Part shown: piece after piece, positions 53,608-61,010 of the stretch
Position numbering within the stretch: position 1 is the first letter of the stretch
Layout of the letters: each line of letters begins with the position of its first letter
Notes under the pieces: generated by a model
What the model was told of the DNA's origin: nothing
Database searches by the model: none
Seen by the model: the letters and a program-made list of their open reading frames with translations, nothing else
Made by a program: the position numbers and the translations under genes
Sequence record: MW394391.1
Length of the DNA stretch: 64,000 nt
Source: Klebsiella phage vB_KpM_FBKp24
Strand: one strand, 5' to 3'

Positions 53608-53637
53608 ATTGGTGAGGGGTTAATTCCCCTCACCAAT
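53608..53637. terminator. bidirectional hairpin between the plus gene 53374..53595 and the minus gene 53638..53883
   Basis: attggtgagggg-ttaatt-cccctcaccaat stem-loop. Confidence 0.55.
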
Positions 53638-53883
53638 CTACTCTATGTTTGTATTTAAAACGTCTTGCTCGGAATAGAACTTATCTTCTACTACGCTGTC
53701 AAACGCCATAGAACGCATCAGGAGCGATTCAACTGGTCTATGGTAATAAACCTTATTATCCCAGGGAGGAAGCAAATTAGAGAGCAATAAGGCGGCTTCC
53801 GTGACCAACGGTAAATTGTCATCGGGTACAAAAGAAAGTGCTTCGTCCAATGCTTCGAGCAAAACATGGCGGGGGGTAAACAT
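53638..53883 (-). CDS. hypothetical protein (about 81 aa from Met MFTPRHV)
   Basis: AAGGACGA ribosome-binding site before this ATG; the track N-terminal extension would encode through a terminator hairpin. Confidence 0.45.
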   Translation of the reverse strand: MFTPRHVLLEALDEALSFVPDDNLPLVTEAALLLSNLLPPWDNKVYYHRPVESLLMRSMAFDSVVEDKFYSEQDVLNTNIE

Positions 53884-53899
53884 TACGTAATCGTCCTTA

Positions 53900-53936
53900 T
53901 TAAAAAAGAATAAGGTGAGGACCGAAGTCCTCACGC
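53900..53936 (-). terminator. intrinsic terminator hairpin with UUCG tetraloop
   Basis: gtgaggac-cgaa-gtcctcac followed by CUUAUUCUUUUUU on the minus transcript; lies downstream of promoter-like motif 54031-54053. Confidence 0.6.
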
Positions 53937-54030
53937 TCATTTGTCTTCACTGAATGTCTCGTCATTAACCGGCACTGTGAATAACAGTTAATTAAGAGTT
54001 TCCGAGGGTGTCTTATTTCCTCATCACACT
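53900..54030 (-). ncRNA. candidate short transcript (about 125 nt) or leader RNA
   Basis: Region bounded by promoter-like motif 54031-54053 and the UUCG terminator 53900-53936, with no ORF; purely structural inference. Confidence 0.25.
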
Positions 54031-54053
54031 AGTGATATAGATGTGAAAAAAGG
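54031..54053 (-). promoter_or_regulatory. recurrent promoter-like motif (minus: CCTTTTTTCACATCTATATCACT)
   Basis: About 20 nt after the tailspike stop (54060); followed about 100 nt later by terminator 53900-53936. Confidence 0.45.
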
Positions 54054-54059
54054 TGGGGA

Positions 54060-55856
54060 TTAAGAAAGGTATGCGTAAATCTGGCGATTTTTAGCGTCTA
54101 TACCAGTAAGGTTGACAGTGATCGTGGTACCATCGGTGGAAATACCCACTGTGAAACTGACTCCCGTAGGTGTGCTACTACTATCACCCCAACGATTAGT
54201 AGGATAGGTTTTAAGATTGCCGAGATCGGTGATTAATGTCGGGTTAGTCGTCTCCCACCCCATGAGTAACGGGACTCTTAGGTATTCTAAGTTGCCAGCT
54301 GAGCCATCTCTTGATTCGATATTGAGATTGTAGACATTAGGAATTTGATATTTAGTTAATGCAGTCCGGGTGAATGAAAATGAGGCAGTGCCCCCGGCGT
54401 TTAATGTAATGTTTACGGGGCTACCGATAGAAACGCGACCATTCCTAATTTGAAATACGCCTACTGTACAAGCATTTGAGATACCGTGGTTGCCGAAATA
54501 CGTTTTACTAGCGGCAATAGCGGTTTCTTTAACAAAACCAAGATAACCGCCACTGAAATAAGAACCAGTAACAACAGTTACCATCGACGAACCATTTCCG
54601 GTCGTAATGATATCGTATTCCGGAGTTGCTGTCCCTGTGCCATCGTCATTCACCCCTCTTGTAGTTCTGATTCCGGTGAGTACCAAGACGGAGTCGTCAG
54701 ATTGGAGAATATTACATTGTTCGGTTGTCCCCGCCGTACCTTTACTACCATTACGCTGAATTGAGCAGGTAGAACAAGTGATTGAGGATCCCCCCATCAC
54801 CGCCAAACCTGCTTTTCCGTTCCTATCAATCAGCTCACCGGTGTATGTGTTACCTACCGACTGGTAAAGATAGATACCTTCTCCATCGTTCCACTCGATT
54901 CTCACACCCACAAACGCATTATTATTTGCGCCAGTCAGTAAAGAGATTGCCCGACCGGTATTGGCGTTAAAAGTTGTGTCCATTAATCTGGAGTCAATTA
55001 AATTGTTAGCGCCGAGATTACACCCGTGAATGTTACACCCTCTAGCGTACAAGGTACCTACGTAGTTAGATTTACCTAAGCCTATAGCCCAACGATAAAT
55101 ACCACAACGCTCAAATCGACAACCGTTAAGTTGACCGCTACCCTGCATCAAATTGACCGATTTATCTCTCCCGTCAAAATTGATACCGACGAAATTATGT
55201 CGCCCGGTGAAAGCGAATAAGTAACTCGCCCCCGCGCCCAGTCTTATAACTGTCCCGGTATTATCGAAACTACTGTTTGATGGTGTGGTATAGGGTCGAT
55301 AGCAACTCCCGTAAATACAGAACCCCATAGGTATGGTCACGGTACCTGCATGAACATAAACCCCGACTACCGGCGGATATACTAGATACTTTTCCCCGGC
55401 GTCAATTGCGGCTTTCAATGCATAATCAACGTTGACTTCTACACCAACAGTACTCTTAATGAGCAGTTGATCTTCTTTCGTCATATACGAAAGAATGTTA
55501 GAGGATAAAAGATCAGTGACCTTCGCATTCCCTATCTCACTTATTGAATCCATTTCCTCGTTTAAATCGCGGAGATTGAGGTACTTATTTAATGCATAGA
55601 CACCATTATCAGTTACCACTTGCAAAACGTTCTGCGATGACAGCGTCACTGTGGTTATGGTACCTGTTAAACCCCCAAGATCGAAGAACTGATTGCTTTC
55701 TTCATGAAATAGTACGCTTTCCGTACCTGATGGAATAACTGCACCAACTTCGGCTTTGATAATGTTACTTTCGTCGACCCCGTATAACTGAGCGTTTACT
55801 TGATTCTGTACCTTTAACCCTGTTGATCCGGAAGGTTGTACTAAACGATCTAACAT
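54060..55856 (-). CDS. tailspike or tail-fibre protein, beta-helix type (598 aa)
   Basis: Large Gly/Asn/Thr/Ser-rich repetitive protein in the tailspike cluster. Confidence 0.65.
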   Translation of the reverse strand: MLDRLVQPSGSTGLKVQNQVNAQLYGVDESNIIKAEVGAVIPSGTESVLFHEESNQFFDLGGLTGTITTVTLSSQNVLQVVTDNGVYALNKYLNLRDLNEEMDSISEIGNAKVTDLLSSNILSYMTKEDQLLIKSTVGVEVNVDYALKAAIDAGEKYLVYPPVVGVYVHAGTVTIPMGFCIYGSCYRPYTTPSNSSFDNTGTVIRLGAGASYLFAFTGRHNFVGINFDGRDKSVNLMQGSGQLNGCRFERCGIYRWAIGLGKSNYVGTLYARGCNIHGCNLGANNLIDSRLMDTTFNANTGRAISLLTGANNNAFVGVRIEWNDGEGIYLYQSVGNTYTGELIDRNGKAGLAVMGGSSITCSTCSIQRNGSKGTAGTTEQCNILQSDDSVLVLTGIRTTRGVNDDGTGTATPEYDIITTGNGSSMVTVVTGSYFSGGYLGFVKETAIAASKTYFGNHGISNACTVGVFQIRNGRVSIGSPVNITLNAGGTASFSFTRTALTKYQIPNVYNLNIESRDGSAGNLEYLRVPLLMGWETTNPTLITDLGNLKTYPTNRWGDSSSTPTGVSFTVGISTDGTTITVNLTGIDAKNRQIYAYLS

Positions 55857-55869
55857 GTTATTTCCTCTT

Positions 55870-55891
55870 AAAAGGGGAATAAACCCCTTTT
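55870..55891. terminator. hairpin between tailspike genes
   Basis: aaaagggg-aataaa-cccctttt stem-loop. Confidence 0.5.
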
Positions 55892-55901
55892 TATTAAAAG
55901 T

Positions 55902-58649
55902 TTAACTATTCCCACCAATCAGAAGATCCATGATGGACGTGAAGCACCACCAGTTCAGTTCTTCTTTATTCAGACCGTAGCGGGTTTCGCCTTCTTCCGA
56001 TTTATCAGCAATGAAGCAGCTATACTCTTTCCAGTCTAAGTCGTACTTTTCCATTATTTCAATGGCAGCTTGGACAGTAGGGCCAGAGTGAAGTTTACCC
56101 TCGTCTCCTTTTGGACACGCTTCTTCTTTCCATCTCCAAACGGAGGGTAGCTGCGCAATCTCAGCAAACGCATGTGTTTCTTTACTCGTGCGAACTCTGA
56201 GATCGTCTTTCAACGTAGCATCAGAAGTAGAGGAAACTCCGTTTGTGGCGTATACTGTAGTAAAACGGAAACTACTCGCACCCATGGCATGGGTATTATC
56301 CGCTTTTGGCTGCATCCCGCTGGAGTTAATAACAAAACCAATACTATTAGAAATGGCATTGAGATAGAGTCGACCTACCGAATCGGCGGTCATACTTGCC
56401 ATCACGGTGGTCTGATCACCAGAGGTGTAGAAATAAACACCTTTAGTGGTAGTATTAGTTGAGTTGATGCCAATGTTGATATCACTGGCTGTTGTTACAC
56501 TACCACCACTACTGATCGTACTTCCAGAAGAGATTTTACCCAGCGCAGAAATATCGCCCGCATTAGAGAACGTAATGTAGTCCGTCGGCGTAGTAGCGCC
56601 GGTGATGTCGTTAATGTACGAGAAAATAAGTACACCATTATCATCTACACGATTAGTCCATTCGCGAGAAAGTAGCGTTGTATTGCTGATAGTGGAGCGA
56701 GTACTGAAAGCTTTGAATGTGAAGTCATTCAGAATACACTGATTAAACTGGAACGAACGAATACGGGCAGTGGCAGTGCTGTAGTCGACGATAATATCGA
56801 CATTACGGTTATAACTACTTAACGCAGCGTACGCCGTATTGAAGTAACAGCGATCGAAACCGATATTCATCGTTCCTTGGGTGATTTGTACCAGTTTACC
56901 GTTCGTATCGCTATATGTACCTTGGGCGTTATTAGTGGCTAAACGGCAGGAAGAGAACAGTACGTTGAACGTATTTTCCAAATATGCTACCGGAACAGGC
57001 GTTACGGTCTCATTACCGTTCTGGCTAAACACAACGCCATAGAAGGCACAGTGCGCAGCATAAATCATGCTAAGACATTTTGCATTTCGGTTATGCGTCT
57101 CGACGTGTCCGCCAAACCAGTTAATCGCATGATGGGGGTAAGACTTACTCAGCCCAATAATTCTCACCATGGTGCAGTTATTGGCAGTTGCTGTTTCTAC
57201 TGCGCAGTTAATGAATGTTAATTGGTTTGAATCGTCTCCGGTTGCGCCATTGTTTCCGGCACCAGAGTAAACAGAAATTTCAATACCCGCAGAAGCCTGC
57301 GTAGTATCTTTCATATCTGTCGTACTTTGAATATTTAAACCGATAAAGATGCTGTCGAAGGTCAATTCGGATACAAGACCTTTCGCAAAACCGTATGTTC
57401 CAACGTTAGTCAATAAACAGCGTTGTGCAGGCAACCAAGTTGTTGCATCACCAAGAACAATTCCGCGGTTATAGTTCGAGTTAGCTCGAAAACCGATGTT
57501 CTCCATAATCACGCGACAACGAGTGACCTTTAACGCATCAATATTGTCGGCGGCAGTTTGAATAATTGAAGCTGACATACCGTCGCCAACAATACGTAAA
57601 CAAGTCTGGAAAGTTGTCCCAGTTCCCGTTCCTTGCATGGTCACAGTCAGGCCAGACTTAATGGGGTAAACACCACCGGGGAAATATAGTGTAATACCAA
57701 CAAAATATGAAGAAGATGTCACTGATTTAACTGGTCGGTATTTTACCGCATCATTAATAGCGGCTTGTATCGCGGGTGCCCAGTCCCAAGTCTCCGGATC
57801 ATCAGGATCGGTTTTATTGGTGATTAACCCTGCGTATTCCCAAATGTTTTTAACCTGGGCGCTAAAGAAATCATTAAGCGTTTGGATCTTGGTACTAAGT
57901 GGTGTCCCTCTTCCGAATGCTAGGGCTTTAGTTATATTTGGATCGATCATTTCCCCTTTTGTGAAACGATCGTTTAGTTCGAGCTGGATGTTTTTGCCCG
58001 TTAAGGTACCGATATTACTCGCGCCGTTCGGTCCGGTGTACGTAGCCAGAAACGCTTCGTTAACTTTCTCTACGTCGTCACTGCCGAAACAGATCGCTAC
58101 TACGGTTTGATTTTCTTTTACTGGAGTAGCGAGTTTAAAACTCAACGTATTGTCGGCAACTAATTCAAATCCAACGTCTTTGAATTGACGCAAACCATCA
58201 ACGTAAACTTCCTGGACTGAGATATTCCCAGTCAGCGGAACAGTAAAAGTTTGCTCTCCGCCGTTACTCAGTCCACCGTTATAAACCCACTGAACAATCG
58301 CTCCTTTATCTTTCAGAGCTTTGTTCAATAGAGCGTAGGTCCCGTAGGTAATTTGTTCGCCGTCGCTATTAAGCAGAGGGGTGACGCCCGACCCGGCATT
58401 CACCCACCCTTGTACGTGTTCTTTCGTAGCGTCGGTATAAACGAAAAAGGTATCGCCACTGACTGTGTTAGCGAGGCCGCTGGCAGTATCACTATAGGCG
58501 TTTTCAAACAGAATACTTTCACGCAATTTTTTGAGCGTGACTTTATAAGTATCATTCTCTTCTTTGACTTGTGCGATGGGAATAAACCCATTCTCAGAGG
58601 CTACCGACAATGCCGGTAATTCGGTAATTTTTAAACTAGACTTATCCAT
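55902..58649 (-). CDS. large tailspike or fibre protein (915 aa) with C-terminal S74-type chaperone module
   Basis: Beta-helix-like repetitive body; C-terminal ...GVSSTSDATLKDDL... resembles the autoproteolytic Ser/Lys site of endosialidase-type C-terminal chaperone domains. Confidence 0.7.
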   Translation of the reverse strand: MDKSSLKITELPALSVASENGFIPIAQVKEENDTYKVTLKKLRESILFENAYSDTASGLANTVSGDTFFVYTDATKEHVQGWVNAGSGVTPLLNSDGEQITYGTYALLNKALKDKGAIVQWVYNGGLSNGGEQTFTVPLTGNISVQEVYVDGLRQFKDVGFELVADNTLSFKLATPVKENQTVVAICFGSDDVEKVNEAFLATYTGPNGASNIGTLTGKNIQLELNDRFTKGEMIDPNITKALAFGRGTPLSTKIQTLNDFFSAQVKNIWEYAGLITNKTDPDDPETWDWAPAIQAAINDAVKYRPVKSVTSSSYFVGITLYFPGGVYPIKSGLTVTMQGTGTGTTFQTCLRIVGDGMSASIIQTAADNIDALKVTRCRVIMENIGFRANSNYNRGIVLGDATTWLPAQRCLLTNVGTYGFAKGLVSELTFDSIFIGLNIQSTTDMKDTTQASAGIEISVYSGAGNNGATGDDSNQLTFINCAVETATANNCTMVRIIGLSKSYPHHAINWFGGHVETHNRNAKCLSMIYAAHCAFYGVVFSQNGNETVTPVPVAYLENTFNVLFSSCRLATNNAQGTYSDTNGKLVQITQGTMNIGFDRCYFNTAYAALSSYNRNVDIIVDYSTATARIRSFQFNQCILNDFTFKAFSTRSTISNTTLLSREWTNRVDDNGVLIFSYINDITGATTPTDYITFSNAGDISALGKISSGSTISSGGSVTTASDINIGINSTNTTTKGVYFYTSGDQTTVMASMTADSVGRLYLNAISNSIGFVINSSGMQPKADNTHAMGASSFRFTTVYATNGVSSTSDATLKDDLRVRTSKETHAFAEIAQLPSVWRWKEEACPKGDEGKLHSGPTVQAAIEIMEKYDLDWKEYSCFIADKSEEGETRYGLNKEELNWWCFTSIMDLLIGGNS

Positions 58650-58694
58650 TTCGGTACCTGTATAGTCTGGGTAAATAAGAGGGTATCTAGATCG

Positions 58695-58732
58695 TCATAA
58701 AAACACAAGAGCAGGGCCAATTGGCCCTGCTC
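58695..58732 (-). terminator. intrinsic terminator hairpin
   Basis: gagcagggcc-aatt-ggccctgctc stem-loop followed by UUGUGUUUUUAUGA on the minus transcript. Confidence 0.65.
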
Positions 58733-58756
58733 GTTATAGACAAATTATAAAACAAT

Positions 58757-58951
58757 TCAACTACCAGAATTGTCCTCGTTAGTCCTGTCTTCTAAAAGAA
58801 AAGAATCATCCAAACCCTTTTCTGATAGGAACCCAAGAGCAGCTTCTTGATAGTTTTCTACTTCTTCGAAGGAAACAATAGCCTCTCCTAGTTCAATCCT
58901 TGAAAGAAAATAGACGTTATCCCGAGCTGTATCTTTGTAAATATAAATCAT
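58757..58951 (-). CDS. small acidic protein (about 64 aa from Met MIYIYKD)
   Basis: Short ORF between tailspike genes; start chosen to avoid overlap with the upstream tailspike. Confidence 0.4.
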   Translation of the reverse strand: MIYIYKDTARDNVYFLSRIELGEAIVSFEEVENYQEAALGFLSEKGLDDSFLLEDRTNEDNSGS

Positions 58952-60936
58952 CACAAATACCCTAAAGTCGGATGTTGATCGGAAAACCAAACTGCGGGCA
59001 GTTTAACTTGAATGGTACCAACAAACCCGGTAAAGTTAAGTCCGGCGTACCCATATTGAGATGTCCCAGTATCGCAAGACAACATGTAAGTACCCATGTA
59101 ATTATCCGCGGTGAGGGTAATACCTGTTTTTGTCAGTGAGTTTAAAATATCCTGCTGTGGACCTAGGGCATAGCCACTATAGTTTTCACTCATTGACACC
59201 ACGTTAGTCGTGGCATTATTAGTAAAAGACTGAGATGAGACTAAACGACATACGCCACGTACGTAAACATTGCCGGTAGTTGCGGAGCCAGCTTTGACCG
59301 AACAGGATACATGAAATTTCTGTTGGCTATTACTGTTATTAATCGGCGTACCCCAGAGAAGGTTAACTGAGTTAGTTGTACTTGTGGCAGTGATTGTCAC
59401 CGGGATCAAACCGTCAGAGTCTGCATCTGCTGCAGAACCGTAGACAATAGTTGAGCCGTTAGCAACTACGTACCACTGCCCAATTGCTCTGGCGGTAGGT
59501 AAGGCCGCACCCGCGGTACCGTTAAATAATAACCCAGCGCTATTCAAAATGTAACCGTCAGTAGTATCGTAGGACGGCAAAAAGCGATAGGTTTGTCCAC
59601 GTAACGGGTAACGTATTCTGATTTTGATCAGGTTAGTGGGATCGTACGCCTTATAACTCCCATAAGCACTATTAACGTGTGGGCCATAGCAGAAAATATT
59701 TACGTTGTCAAGGTCGATAGCGGTGCGTGTAGTGGTCGCATAACCGATCGTTCTGACGCCACGATAAGGGTCGTTAACAAACGCGTACATGTAGATGTTT
59801 CCGCCGATCATTTTAAAGTTATTTTCGCCCGCGCCGGTTGTGCGAGATGGGCAGTTGGCTAAATAACGGAAACCCTCGACGTGACATTCAACCAACGTAT
59901 CTTGACCGATGTTCACTGGCGAATAAAAGACAACATCGTTTGTATTGTAGTCGAAGCTACAACCAAAATATTTAAACATGTGAACAGTGTCGTTTCGGTA
60001 AACTCCGCCCAAATAGTTATCGCCGATGAGACAGTTAACAAAACGCATGTTCTCGCCGGAGTTAATGCAGTTTGTGCCGGCGTCAGTTACTACGCCGTAC
60101 GCATTTCGATAAAAGTCACAATTCTCCACAACATCCAAATACGTATCGGTAGAACCGATTCTAATTCCGCCGTAAAATTGTGCAACTTTCACACCTGTAA
60201 TTTTTACTTCCCTTACATGGACATAACCACCAGACGGGTAAGTGGTGTTCCCAAGAGAAATACCGTGGAAGGTCGTTTTGTCGTATCCAGGACCTAAAAT
60301 AAAAAGTGCATTAGTGTCCAACACTTCGGTGTAGCTGGCAGAACTCCCTGCATTATTAGTAAATGGATTGGCTGCAGATCGGGTAAGTCCTGTAAACTCG
60401 CCAGTTATCTCTACGCCGTTCCCGGTAGTAAAGGCGCTAAAATCCCATGTCTGGTTAGTGTCGACAACGATAGAAACAAACGGTGGGACCCGTACTGTCG
60501 CTGTCATTTTATAAACTGTTTCGCCGGTGGCGTTATCTAATGGCGGTACACGCAGACGATAAGTCCCGTTTGCGATATAACCTCTAGCGATAACAATTTT
60601 AACAATGTCAGTAGTTATCTTATTAATACACTGAGAGAGATTATTTAAAGAAGCAGAAAACCCGGCCATCCATACGTTAATAGGTTTTGTTGTATCGAGG
60701 AGCCAGTTAGCTCCTTTGGCCGTTTTAAATACGCTGTAGTCGTTATCTGCGACTGTAGAACTTGCTCTGTATGTCATTATTTCATTTACGTCAGGCCCGT
60801 CAACGACCGCTCGTTTTAATAGAACGCGCTGACCGTCAAACCAAGGTTCTAAAGACCGTAACTCAGTTACGGACCCTACGGTCAAAAGAGAATATTCGCC
60901 GTTACTCCCTCGTGGCTTATTGAAATCAGTAAGCAT
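58951..60936 (-). CDS. tailspike or tail-fibre protein (661 aa)
   Basis: N-terminal module (LRSLEPWFDGQRVLLKRAV...) homologous to that of 61011..63293, followed by a beta-helix-like repetitive body. Confidence 0.65.
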   Translation of the reverse strand: MLTDFNKPRGSNGEYSLLTVGSVTELRSLEPWFDGQRVLLKRAVVDGPDVNEIMTYRASSTVADNDYSVFKTAKGANWLLDTTKPINVWMAGFSASLNNLSQCINKITTDIVKIVIARGYIANGTYRLRVPPLDNATGETVYKMTATVRVPPFVSIVVDTNQTWDFSAFTTGNGVEITGEFTGLTRSAANPFTNNAGSSASYTEVLDTNALFILGPGYDKTTFHGISLGNTTYPSGGYVHVREVKITGVKVAQFYGGIRIGSTDTYLDVVENCDFYRNAYGVVTDAGTNCINSGENMRFVNCLIGDNYLGGVYRNDTVHMFKYFGCSFDYNTNDVVFYSPVNIGQDTLVECHVEGFRYLANCPSRTTGAGENNFKMIGGNIYMYAFVNDPYRGVRTIGYATTTRTAIDLDNVNIFCYGPHVNSAYGSYKAYDPTNLIKIRIRYPLRGQTYRFLPSYDTTDGYILNSAGLLFNGTAGAALPTARAIGQWYVVANGSTIVYGSAADADSDGLIPVTITATSTTNSVNLLWGTPINNSNSQQKFHVSCSVKAGSATTGNVYVRGVCRLVSSQSFTNNATTNVVSMSENYSGYALGPQQDILNSLTKTGITLTADNYMGTYMLSCDTGTSQYGYAGLNFTGFVGTIQVKLPAVWFSDQHPTLGYL

Positions 60937-60967
60937 TGTAACACCTCAAAATTGAAAGACGAAGTCA

Positions 60968-61004
60968 TAGAAAAATCGGAGGAGACACTTGGTCTCCTCC
61001 GATT
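60968..61004 (-). terminator. intrinsic terminator hairpin after tailspike gene
   Basis: aatcggaggagac-acttg-gtctcctccgatt stem-loop. Confidence 0.6.
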
Positions 61005-61010
61005 AATTTA

